A stretch of 64,000 bases of DNA. Origin: an uncultured Alphaproteobacteria bacterium (GTDB taxonomy: Bacteria > Pseudomonadota > Alphaproteobacteria > RF32 > CAG-239). The notes beneath the pieces were generated by a model, which saw only the letters and a list, made by a program, of their open reading frames with translations, had not been told where the DNA came from and did no database searches. The stretch covers positions 12,179 through 76,178 of the forward strand of contig CALXPU010000002.1 of NCBI GenBank assembly GCA_944390455.1, given 5' to 3'. Position numbers and translations under genes: made by a program. Below, one piece after another: positions 1-8,870 of the stretch (the first letter of the stretch is position 1; each line of letters opens with the position of its first letter).

Positions 1-1
1 T

Positions 2-1900
2 GCGGCTAATAAAAATGATATGGGGAGCCATGGCGTTGCTTTTGAAAATGGCGAAGTTGTGGCCGTTAGTTGGGATTTGAGTTCGGATCTTTCTCAAACT
101 GTTAAGAAAATGGTTGATGAAGATGGGGTTAAGGTTTTTAGTAACAGTTGGGGATATGGTGTTACGGATGAACTTAATGCAAATAATGCATGGTTGTTGA
201 TTGATGGAGCCAAAGATGATGTAGAAGCTTATGCTTATGTGGCAAAAAATGATGGTGTTTGGGTACAGGCTACCGGTAATGAGTATGCTCAAGAGGCTTC
301 TATTCATAATGGATTAGGAAATTTGGATTTATCTGATTTTGGTTATGATGGTCCCGATAAATACGAAGTTCCTTATTTGGCGGTGACAGCTCTTGATTAT
401 TCAACCAGAGATGGTAATGCGCCTTCCGGTTATAAGGCGGATTATGCTAACTGGTGCGGTTCTGCATCGGGTTATTGTTTGGCAGCTCCGGGAACTAATG
501 ATATTTCCACAGGGGCTGTTGAAGAAGGATTTATGCCGGATAGTGGTACTTCTATGGCTACTCCGGTGGTGTCTGGAAGTATTGCGTTGTTAATGGGATA
601 TTATCCGTGGTTGACGGCGCAAAATGTGGCTTATATTTTGCTAGAAACGGCTAATGATCAGGGAGAATATGCCGATGAAAAGAAATATGGGCAAGGGGCT
701 TTAGACCTTGAGGCGGCTGTGACTACACCGATTGATGGTTTGAGGTTGGCTTCTTCCTCTTCGTTTGATTCGTTGACTCCGGTTGGTGTTTCTAAATTGT
801 CTTTGTCTTCATCTATGCAGAATAAAATTTTGAAAGCTTTACCTAAAACAGTGACAGCTTTTGATGCTCTTAATCGTCCGTTTGATTATGATACAAAGAA
901 CTTAGTGAATGAAACACACGCTTCTAATGCTAATTTCCGTAATGCGGTTTCAAGAATGGCAATGGGAGGGGCTAAAAAGACTATTAAAGACGAGAAGACG
1001 GGATTTGCTTTTTCTTCTACCGAGAGTTTGAATAATGGGGGGCAAGCTAATTTGGCCTCTATGGAGGTGGTTAGTGAAACTGATACCGGTGCGACACGTT
1101 TTTATTATGCGCAGAACAGCAAATATGATACACCGGATAGTGTTTTAACTCCATCTAATAATCCATATTTGGCGATGAATGAGGCTTATGGTGCCGAGAA
1201 TACAATGAAACTTAGTGATACTTCTAAGTTTAAATTGGCTTTGCAAACCGGTGAGAATGGTTTGTATGAACGAGATTATGAACAAGATAATCATTCCTTT
1301 ACAGAACGTTCATATGCTTTTTCCGGCGAATATTCATTTAATATGACGGATTATTTGGAATTAGCGACAATGGGCGGTATGTTGATGGAAAATGATGCTT
1401 TACTTGGTATGAACGGAACAGGAGGTTTTGGTATTAAAGATAGTTCTACCTACTATATGGGAATTAGAGCCGCATTGAATTTAACACCAAATCTTTCTTT
1501 GATTGCAGCATATTATCGTGGTTATACGCAAGGTGCAGATACACCAATGTTGGCTATTTCTGATTTGCAGACAGAGAGCTTTATGATTGCCGGAGAATAT
1601 AAACTTAATGCTAAAGATAAGGTGGGGTTGAGTTTTTCGTCGCCATTATCAGTAGTTAAAGGTCGCGCGTCTTTATTATATGCCGGCGGACGTGATAATC
1701 ATTCTGATACCGTTTATATGAATAAACTTACGACTTCTTTAACCCCTGAAGCTAAAGAGTATGATTTGGGATTGTATTATCAGGGACAGCCTAAAGAAGA
1801 TTTGAGCTTAATGGGTAAAGTGCAGGCTCGCTTTAATGCAGATGGTGAAAAAGGAGTTACGGATTATATCGGTATTGTCGGTATGCAAAGTAATTTCTAA
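2..1900 (+). CDS. Subtilisin-like (S8) serine protease autotransporter, 5' end off-window
   Basis: The frame is open to the window edge. It has a His-box-like GSHGVA and the Ser-box GTSMATPVVSG typical of S8 peptidases. The C-terminal ~280 aa has alternating beta-strand character and ends in ...GMQSNF (terminal aromatic), typical of autotransporter beta-barrels. Confidence 0.72.
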   Translation, partial: AANKNDMGSHGVAFENGEVVAVSWDLSSDLSQTVKKMVDEDGVKVFSNSWGYGVTDELNANNAWLLIDGAKDDVEAYAYVAKNDGVWVQATGNEYAQEASIHNGLGNLDLSDFGYDGPDKYEVPYLAVTALDYSTRDGNAPSGYKADYANWCGSASGYCLAAPGTNDISTGAVEEGFMPDSGTSMATPVVSGSIALLMGYYPWLTAQNVAYILLETANDQGEYADEKKYGQGALDLEAAVTTPIDGLRLASSSSFDSLTPVGVSKLSLSSSMQNKILKALPKTVTAFDALNRPFDYDTKNLVNETHASNANFRNAVSRMAMGGAKKTIKDEKTGFAFSSTESLNNGGQANLASMEVVSETDTGATRFYYAQNSKYDTPDSVLTPSNNPYLAMNEAYGAENTMKLSDTSKFKLALQTGENGLYERDYEQDNHSFTERSYAFSGEYSFNMTDYLELATMGGMLMENDALLGMNGTGGFGIKDSSTYYMGIRAALNLTPNLSLIAAYYRGYTQGADTPMLAISDLQTESFMIAGEYKLNAKDKVGLSFSSPLSVVKGRASLLYAGGRDNHSDTVYMNKLTTSLTPEAKEYDLGLYYQGQPKEDLSLMGKVQARFNADGEKGVTDYIGIVGMQSNF

Positions 1901-1920
1901 TAGGGACTGTATATGACCAT

Positions 1921-1961
1921 AAAAAAACACCGGAGAGAATGAAACTCTCGGGTGTTTTTTT
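1921..1961. terminator. Bidirectional rho-independent terminator between convergent genes
   Basis: A-run, then an acaccggagag / ctctcgggtgt stem with one mismatch, then a T-run. Confidence 0.7.
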
Positions 1962-1974
1962 ATTTTGTAAGAAG

Positions 1975-2631
1975 TTATGCGCAAATTATGCGGTAAACTT
2001 CATCAGTGCACGGACAACGTCCAAAGCGAAGTACTTTGTATGTACGCCTTAATTCAGAAAACTCTTTTTCAACAAATTCTAGTTCCGGAGAATCTTCGAC
2101 GATGCTACCATTGTGCCATAGAACATAGAAAGTTCCCTTTTCAGTGGTTACTTGCCAGGCAATGCAGGTTAAGTGTCTTTCAGTCAATGAACCTAATTTG
2201 ATTTCTACTTCTTTATAGAGGCTGCAAAAGGCCTTTTCAAGTAGTGGTCGGTTTAAGAACATCGGAAGACCGTCTGATTTGAAACGTTCTTGTTTCCACA
2301 TTAGCTTGTAGCAGCCGTTTACTTGATGATAAACGGCGGACGTAATACAGAATATCATTCGCTTAATGTTGGTTGCACAGATATAATCTTGTCCAGCAAG
2401 ACTTAAGCGAATAAGCGTTTTGGTCTCGCCTGTGTGAAAAGCATAACCGCTATCAGAGTACACCGTAATGAAAGGGTGTCGTAAATCATCTGCAGTTAAT
2501 TCTTTCATTTCAGATTCTGCACGGTTTGAAAAAGTTTTTGGTCCTTCAGTGTATTTGCGGCGAGGGGTGCTCGTTTCAACACCGTAATCTAATACATCAA
2601 AAGTTTGCTCGCCATAATTAAAACTTCCCAT
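1975..2631 (-). CDS. Hypothetical protein (218 aa), no recognisable domain
   Basis: Long ORF that fits between a terminator and a promoter region. No motif recognised. Confidence 0.55.
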   Translation of the reverse strand: MGSFNYGEQTFDVLDYGVETSTPRRKYTEGPKTFSNRAESEMKELTADDLRHPFITVYSDSGYAFHTGETKTLIRLSLAGQDYICATNIKRMIFCITSAVYHQVNGCYKLMWKQERFKSDGLPMFLNRPLLEKAFCSLYKEVEIKLGSLTERHLTCIAWQVTTEKGTFYVLWHNGSIVEDSPELEFVEKEFSELRRTYKVLRFGRCPCTDEVYRIICA

Positions 2632-2833
2632 AATGATACTATAAAAAAATTAAACATAAATTTATTTTGATGTTTTTGTTTTAGCGTTTTTTTGTCTATC
2701 CGTCAAGCCTAAAATGTTATTGTTTGTTAAAAATATGCTAAAATGCGCTTTTAACTTGCTTTTTTTATGAAATCTTATACAGTGCGCGATATAATGTACT
2801 TAATTTGTAAATTTAATCTGTATGAGGTTTTTG

Positions 2834-4285
2834 ATGCTGACTGCAAAAAATAATGTAGCGTATATTCGTGCCGAAGTGATGCAAAGAGTTGCTAAATCTT
2901 TTGTTGAAACTGGTTTGAATGATATTGAAGAGGCTCTAAATGAATTAGTTGCCGATAAGAATTTTCGCCATAATCCAGAAGCAGAAAAAGCTGCTGTTAA
3001 AGGGCAAATTTTGGCAGCAATGGGCTTTTTGCCACAAGAAGTTGATGCGAATCGTAGTTTAAAAGAGTTTGCTCAAGAGGCTTTGGCTCGTACACAAGCT
3101 AATCGCGCCGGATTATCTGTGATTAAAGGTGCTTGTAACGCTTGTCGTTCTAAAACTTATGAAGTTACTCCAATGTGTCAGGCTTGTGTGGCTCGCCCTT
3201 GTGAATTGAATTGTGCGAAAAAAGCTATTACCGTTACGGATAAAGCATTTATTGAACAAGATAAATGTATTAAATGCGGTTTGTGTGCGACATATTGTCC
3301 TTATGGCGCTATTCATAAATCTGTTGTGCCTTGCGAAGAACCTTGTCCGGTTAATGCTATTCAAAAAGATGCTGATGGTCGTGAGGAAATTGATATTGAA
3401 AAATGCATTTCTTGCGGTAAATGTTTGCAATCTTGTCCGTTTGGCGCAATCGTCTATAATTCACAAATGATTGATGTTTTGAATGCTCTTAATAACCCAA
3501 ATAAGAAAGTTGTTGCTATGGTGGCTCCGGCTATCTTGGGACAATTTGGTAATGATTTGGGTAAAGTTATTGCTGCATATAAAGCTTTGGGTTTTGATGA
3601 TGTTATTGAAGTTGCTTATGGTGCAGACTTTACTTCTAAAAACGAATCTGCGGAATTTGTTGAACGTATGGAAAAAGGTGCTCCGTTTATGACGACATCT
3701 TGCTGTCCGGCTTATGTTAAAACAGCTAAAGTTCATGTTCCGGAAATTGAAAAGTTTGTTTCTAATACCGGAAGTCCAATGTATTATGCTGCAGAAGTTT
3801 TGAAAAAGCGTTATCCTGATGCGGTTTCTGTATTTGTTGGACCGTGTTTGGCTAAACGTATTGAAGCTGAAAATAATCCAAATGTTGATTATGTTTTGGT
3901 TTTTGCTGATGTTCAAGCTATGTTTGATGCTAAAGGAATTGATATTAATTCTTTAGAGGCTTCTTCTTTTGCGGATGAGGCTTCTCTGCAATCTCGTCGT
4001 TATGCTATTTCCGGCGGTGTTGCTGCGGCAGTTGAAAACTTAATTGACGGACGTGCTGACTATCGCCCAATGAAGATTAACGGCTTGACTAAAGATGAAG
4101 TTAAAAACTTAAAACGTTATGCTGCAAAAGGTTTGGATAATGGCTGTAATATGCTTGAGGTAATGTGTTGCGAAGGTGGCTGTATTGCAGGTCCTGGATG
4201 TTTATCCATGCCGAAAAAAGCTGCTGTTGTATTGGAAAAATATGCGGCGGAAGGTAAAAATCAAAAGGATTGTGAAATTCACTAG
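2834..4285 (+). CDS. [FeFe] hydrogenase-like protein (group B-like) with N-terminal ferredoxin-type Cys clusters
   Basis: H-cluster motifs are present: L1 TTSCCPAYV, L2 GPCLAKRIE, L3 EVMCCEGGCIAGPG. There are two CxxCxxCxxxCP 4Fe-4S motifs (CIKCGLCATYCP, CISCGKCLQSCP) plus extra Cys. GAGG lies 7 nt before the ATG at 2834; an alternative ATG is at 2822. Confidence 0.8.
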   Translation: MLTAKNNVAYIRAEVMQRVAKSFVETGLNDIEEALNELVADKNFRHNPEAEKAAVKGQILAAMGFLPQEVDANRSLKEFAQEALARTQANRAGLSVIKGACNACRSKTYEVTPMCQACVARPCELNCAKKAITVTDKAFIEQDKCIKCGLCATYCPYGAIHKSVVPCEEPCPVNAIQKDADGREEIDIEKCISCGKCLQSCPFGAIVYNSQMIDVLNALNNPNKKVVAMVAPAILGQFGNDLGKVIAAYKALGFDDVIEVAYGADFTSKNESAEFVERMEKGAPFMTTSCCPAYVKTAKVHVPEIEKFVSNTGSPMYYAAEVLKKRYPDAVSVFVGPCLAKRIEAENNPNVDYVLVFADVQAMFDAKGIDINSLEASSFADEASLQSRRYAISGGVAAAVENLIDGRADYRPMKINGLTKDEVKNLKRYAAKGLDNGCNMLEVMCCEGGCIAGPGCLSMPKKAAVVLEKYAAEGKNQKDCEIH

Positions 4286-4307
4286 TTCTTGGGTTATTTG
4301 TTTGTTG

Positions 4308-4333
4308 AAGGGCGTCAGATTGGCGCCCTTTTT
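4308..4333 (+). terminator. Rho-independent terminator after the hydrogenase gene
   Basis: aagggcg / cgccctt stem followed by TTTTT. Confidence 0.65.
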
Positions 4334-4449
4334 GTGATGAAATTGAATAGTTTATTGGTGTAGGGAAATTTCTTTACTTTAAATTTTATTTTTGCTAAAT
4401 TTTTATCTTACATCGGGAGGGAGAAATTATGTAGTAAGGACAGAAGCCG

Positions 4450-4980
4450 ATGTATGATAAATTTAGGGTTATTTGTTGCGAGAATCCGGAAAAATATCCC
4501 GGAAAATTATTTATTGATATTTATCCCGCAGACCATATTACTCATGAACTTCTTTATAGAATGCGTTTGAAAATTACTCCTGATGTTTATGATATTACGG
4601 GAGGCGTTTATTTGGATGATTTGGGGCAGGGGAATATTCGGCTTAAGTATATCAAACATTATGATAAAATGATACAGCGCCAACAGGCTCTTGTTCGCGA
4701 AAGAGTGGATCCGCTGATTATGCGGTTGTTTGCTGAGATGAAAAAAAGAGGCGTGAATAAAACTATTAATGCCTCTTTGAATGATGCGTATGAGGTGTTT
4801 ACGTTAGAGGAAGTTTATCCGAAAAGTGCAAAAGAAGAACAGATGTTAGAAGCGCAAAAACGCTATGCTAAACGTCAAAAAATCATAGAAGCACGGCAAC
4901 GTTTTTATGCACGCCAAAAGTATGCATCTTGTCCACATATTGCTTTGATGATTAATCAACTTGAGCGTTCGGGTGATTAG
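4450..4980 (+). CDS. Hypothetical protein (176 aa)
   Basis: ORF with AAGGA about 9 nt upstream. Basic, helical C-terminus. No domain recognised. Confidence 0.5.
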   Translation: MYDKFRVICCENPEKYPGKLFIDIYPADHITHELLYRMRLKITPDVYDITGGVYLDDLGQGNIRLKYIKHYDKMIQRQQALVRERVDPLIMRLFAEMKKRGVNKTINASLNDAYEVFTLEEVYPKSAKEEQMLEAQKRYAKRQKIIEARQRFYARQKYASCPHIALMINQLERSGD

Positions 4981-5545
4981 AATATTCAGCGGGAGCCATA
5001 ATTGGTTCAGGAATTGTGTTTGGTTTTATCAGTTGTTTAATTTGTTTATACAATTTATTTGAACTCCAGTCTGCTTCACCCTGGATAGTGGCAACCTTTT
5101 TGCCTTGTTTATTCATAATGACGGTGTAAGGTGTTGAGCCAATCCCTAAACTTAGAGAGAGCTTATTTTCCGTGTCATTGAAGAATGGAATGGTTGGGGC
5201 GCCATATTTGGTTAAAAATTTACGCTCTTCATTGTTGTTGCTCCATTCAGAGGCTGGAGAAACGAGCATAACCTTGATGTTGTCTTGAAGGGCTTGAGGG
5301 TAGAATTTTTCTAATCTTTTCATTTCGCGCAAACAGGGGAAACAACTTTGTGACCAGAATATTAATATGGTTAATTCGGCATTAGAATCTAAAAGGCGGA
5401 TATTTTCTTCACTTTCCGAAATTAATGATACATCAGGCATGTTTACCGGATATTCTAAAACATATAAGCCTTTGGGACCGCTGTAGGCTTCTGCGTTGAA
5501 GGTGATAAATAAGCTGCATAATATTGTGTAGAATAGGGTTTTCAT
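4952..5545 (-). CDS. Periplasmic thiol:disulfide oxidoreductase, TlpA/ResA-like thioredoxin fold
   Basis: N-terminal signal peptide (MKTLFYTILCSLFITFNAEA). WSQSCFPCLREM carries a CxxC active site in a thioredoxin-like context. Confidence 0.75.
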   Translation of the reverse strand: MKTLFYTILCSLFITFNAEAYSGPKGLYVLEYPVNMPDVSLISESEENIRLLDSNAELTILIFWSQSCFPCLREMKRLEKFYPQALQDNIKVMLVSPASEWSNNNEERKFLTKYGAPTIPFFNDTENKLSLSLGIGSTPYTVIMNKQGKKVATIQGEADWSSNKLYKQIKQLIKPNTIPEPIMAPAEYSNHPNAQVD

Positions 5546-5641
5546 GGGGCTTTTTCCTGTTAATTACTTCAATTCAACTTTGTACTTTCGGCGCATTTCA
5601 TATAAACTGATTTTAGGTTTATTCAATATGTAGGTTAAAAA

Positions 5642-5779
5642 ATGAAATATTTAGTTAAATTTTTAATGATTTTTTCAGTATTTTTTTCCATCTTATATGT
5701 AAGTGCTTGCGGAAGAATTTCTGCTAACCAGCCAATTAAGGGTAGCGGATATCCGCATTCTTATCCTAGACACTATTAG
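5642..5779 (+). CDS. Small predicted lipoprotein (45 aa), absent from the ORF track
   Basis: My translation is MKYLVKFLMIFSVFFSILYVSACGRISANQPIKGSGYPHSYPRHY. It has a hydrophobic signal plus the lipobox-like VSAC. It ends 23 nt upstream of the vWA gene. Confidence 0.4.
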   Translation: MKYLVKFLMIFSVFFSILYVSACGRISANQPIKGSGYPHSYPRHY

Positions 5780-5802
5780 TCTTTGTTTTTTGAGGGGATA
5801 TT

Positions 5803-6495
5803 ATGGCCAATAAAGATGATTTTTCTGATGTTATGATTCCGTATGTGGAATTTGCTGAAAATGCTAATGAGAGAACACCTTGTATTTTGGTGTTGGACTG
5901 TTCGGGGTCTATGCGTGGTGAACCGATTAAACAACTTAATTCTGGTTTGCAGGCTTTGGAAAAAGAACTGAAAGAAGATATTGACGCCAGTTCTCGTGTG
6001 CAACTTTTGGTTATCAAAGCTTATGGTAAAGATGATGCTGAAATTTCTGCAGATTGGGTTGATGCGATGAATTTTACGGCACCGGTTATGGAAGCATCTG
6101 GCCTTTCTCCTATTGGTAAAGCGATGGAATTGGCTTTGCATAAAATTGAAGAACAAAAATGCTTGTATGATAGTTGCGGCATTACTTCTAAACGTCCGTG
6201 GATTTTTCTTATCAGTGATGGTGAGCCGACGGATTATGGCTGGGAATTGGCGGCGGCTAAATGTCGTGAAGCGCAACAAAATAAAAAAGTGGTTATTCAT
6301 GCTGTGGGAACACAAGGGGCTAATTTGGAGAAACTTGCAAAGTTCTCTTTAATGCCTCCGAAACGTTTGAGCGGATTGAAGTTTACAGAGTTCTTTCTTT
6401 GGCTCTCTCGCAGCGTATCTTGTGTGTCCAGAGCGGCGCCGAATATGCCTGATATTTTAGATGATATTGAGGCTTGGCATGAAGAAAACGCCTAG
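5803..6495 (+). CDS. vWA domain protein, TerY-like (first gene of the TerY-P triad)
   Basis: MIDAS motif LDCSGSM, LSPIGKAM, FLISDGEPTD, and the C-terminal FTEFFLWLSRSV typical of TerY-type vWA proteins. Confidence 0.85.
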   Translation: MANKDDFSDVMIPYVEFAENANERTPCILVLDCSGSMRGEPIKQLNSGLQALEKELKEDIDASSRVQLLVIKAYGKDDAEISADWVDAMNFTAPVMEASGLSPIGKAMELALHKIEEQKCLYDSCGITSKRPWIFLISDGEPTDYGWELAAAKCREAQQNKKVVIHAVGTQGANLEKLAKFSLMPPKRLSGLKFTEFFLWLSRSVSCVSRAAPNMPDILDDIEAWHEENA

Positions 6496-7273
6496 GTCAA
6501 TTCGGGTTATTGCAACCAAAATTACGGGCGGATTGCATCTGGCTAAGCAAAAGCCATGTCAGGATTTTTATCAATATGCGTGTTCCGGTAATAAACTTGT
6601 AGCGGTCGTTTCTGACGGTGCAGGTTCTGCTGTTTATGGGAAAATCGGAGCGAAAATTATTTGCGAAACGTTGGTTAATGTGCTGATTAATACTCCGCTT
6701 AAAAATACTAAGGAAGCTGTGGTTAAAGCTATTAATATGGCACGTGCAAGATTGGTTATCCATCGGCTCAACAAATCTAAGTCAGAACGGGAAATTCTTA
6801 ATTTTTCGGCGACGATTGTCGGGGTAGTTTATCATAAAAATCGCGGTATCTTTTTTCATATCGGAGATGGCGCCGGAATCGCTGTTCATAATGTTAAAAA
6901 TGATAAAATCGTTAATGATGAAAATGCGGCTTCTTCTCGTCAAAAAGTGAAATATACGCTTTCTCGACCGGCTAATGGTTCTTTTTCTTGTGAAACCTAT
7001 TTTTATACAATGAAAAATTGGGCGGATTGTCTTCGTTTTACGCCGATTGAAAAAGCTGAAGCCTTGTTTTTGATGACGGACGGAGTTACTAATTTTGCGC
7101 TTTCTGATGATATGTGCGAACTTAAAAACGGTTTTATTGAGCCGATTAATCAGTACCTCAAAAATGAGCAGAATAAAACAAAAGCATTGAAAGCTTTAAA
7201 TAATACTCTGGATACGAAGCAGGCGCGTAAACTTAATTCAGATGATAAAACTTTTTTGTGGGCAGGACTATGA
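6479..7273 (+). CDS. PP2C-family protein phosphatase (second gene of the triad)
   Basis: Asp-rich metal-binding motifs VVSDGAGSA, HIGDGAG and LMTDGV. It overlaps the vWA gene end; an alternative start is at 6461. Confidence 0.8.
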   Translation: MKKTPRSIRVIATKITGGLHLAKQKPCQDFYQYACSGNKLVAVVSDGAGSAVYGKIGAKIICETLVNVLINTPLKNTKEAVVKAINMARARLVIHRLNKSKSEREILNFSATIVGVVYHKNRGIFFHIGDGAGIAVHNVKNDKIVNDENAASSRQKVKYTLSRPANGSFSCETYFYTMKNWADCLRFTPIEKAEALFLMTDGVTNFALSDDMCELKNGFIEPINQYLKNEQNKTKALKALNNTLDTKQARKLNSDDKTFLWAGL

Positions 7274-8760
7274 GTACTGAAGCGGTTTCTTTATCTAATC
7301 AGCCAACATTAACACCGGAATTGCAATTTAATGCGATTTTTGCGGATAGAAGTTTTAAATGTATCACATTAGGAAAATTGCTGAATAAAGGTGGTGCTGC
7401 CGGTAAAATTTATGAAATTGTCGGACAGCCGGATAAAGTTGCTAAAATCTTTCATGAACGCCAGAAAAGTAATACAAATCGCTTAAAATTAGAAGCGATG
7501 GTTATCAATAATCCTAATATTCCAAGCGTGACAGCCGGTGGTGTTGAATATGTGCAAATAGCATGGCCAGAAGCAGTTTTGGAAGATGATGAGGGATATT
7601 GTGTCGGTTATATGATGCCGTTTATTGATACGTCAGCGGCGGTTTCTTTAGACCATTTGATGCAAGGTGCCGTACGTGCTAAGTTGGGGTTGAGCGATAA
7701 GTACGAATATCGTGTTATGGCGGCTTATAATGTTGCTCTTATGGTAGCGTCTTTGCATAAATATGGGCACTATATTATAGATTTAAAGCCGGCGAACGTT
7801 TCTATCTATAAAAAAACAATGACTGTTGCCATGTTTGACTGTGACGGTTTTTCTATTCAGGGAGAACAGGCTCGCTTTCCGGCAGAATTTGTGAGTGAAG
7901 AGTATATCTATCCCGAAGGTATGACGCAGTCTTGTGATGAAATGGGAGAAGAACAAGATAAGTTTGCTTTGGCGGTTATTATCTTTAAACTGCTTAACAA
8001 TGGTATTCATCCGTTTTCCGGAGTGGTTAAGAAAAATGCTGATAGCGCGCTGTCTATTCAGGAGCGTATTGAGCAATATCATTATGCGTACGGAATGTGG
8101 GGGGATACTTATCAGGCGCCCCATCCTTATAGCATTCATGAATTTTTGCCACAGAGTACATTGAAACTTTTTGACCGTGCTTTTGTGAAAGGTCAGAAAA
8201 GACCAACGGCGGTTGAATGGCAGGTAGAATTAGACTATTTGCTCAAAAATTTGAAGCATTGTAAAAAGAATCCGAATCATGCGTATTTTACGAATAAAGG
8301 TTGTGGGTTATGTGTGGCGGAAGATCGCTTAAAAGCTAACCTCAAAACTATTCAGGAAAAGAAGGCTGAACCTCGTAAAATTCGTGGTTTTGAGATAAAG
8401 AAACTGTCTCGTGAAAGTATGGAACATGATAAATGGGTACGTATGCAGAGCGAAAAAAGAGCGATGCGTGTGACGTATTTTATTGTTATGCTTTATAGCT
8501 TACTGATGACATCGTTGCCTCGAATTGCATTGGAGTATAAAACGACTTTGGATGAGTTGGGGATATCTTTGCAATTAGTTGGATGCATTATTGGGTTTAA
8601 TTTGTTGCATTGGTTAGTGAAAAAAGGACGTAAATTTTTGGTCAGACATATTGGTGGTACGACGGTAAATGCTTTAATTACATATACTTATTGTTGTGTA
8701 ATTACGGCATTGGTGGTCGGAAACGATATTGATTGGGCTAAATTGTTTAAGGCTTTCTAA
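7270..8760 (+). CDS. Ser/Thr protein kinase-like protein with C-terminal transmembrane segments (third gene of the triad)
   Basis: G-loop GGAAGKIYEI, VAKIFH (catalytic Lys), IIDLKPANV (HRD-like) and DCDGF (DFG-like). The start forms an ATGA overlap with the PP2C stop. A CKK..(12)..CGLC Cys cluster is followed by about 3 hydrophobic helices at the C-terminus. Confidence 0.8.
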   Translation: MSTEAVSLSNQPTLTPELQFNAIFADRSFKCITLGKLLNKGGAAGKIYEIVGQPDKVAKIFHERQKSNTNRLKLEAMVINNPNIPSVTAGGVEYVQIAWPEAVLEDDEGYCVGYMMPFIDTSAAVSLDHLMQGAVRAKLGLSDKYEYRVMAAYNVALMVASLHKYGHYIIDLKPANVSIYKKTMTVAMFDCDGFSIQGEQARFPAEFVSEEYIYPEGMTQSCDEMGEEQDKFALAVIIFKLLNNGIHPFSGVVKKNADSALSIQERIEQYHYAYGMWGDTYQAPHPYSIHEFLPQSTLKLFDRAFVKGQKRPTAVEWQVELDYLLKNLKHCKKNPNHAYFTNKGCGLCVAEDRLKANLKTIQEKKAEPRKIRGFEIKKLSRESMEHDKWVRMQSEKRAMRVTYFIVMLYSLLMTSLPRIALEYKTTLDELGISLQLVGCIIGFNLLHWLVKKGRKFLVRHIGGTTVNALITYTYCCVITALVVGNDIDWAKLFKAF

Positions 8761-8870
8761 GTCTATGGTTTCCATAAGGATACTAACAACCTTTTAAGTG
8801 CCTACTTTTCATTTTAAAAATTGTTGTTATAAATTAAGTATTGGTTATTTGATAATTTAAGGAAAAATTT

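Noticed and set aside
3113-3916. ORFs of 105, 85, 151 and 69 aa inside or antisense to the hydrogenase gene.
   Set aside because: They are fully nested in a CDS with unambiguous H-cluster motifs. The translations are low-complexity and typical of AT-rich shadow frames. The same reasoning applies to nested ORFs in secY, rpoA, glgB, glgX, malQ, miaB, phoH and others.
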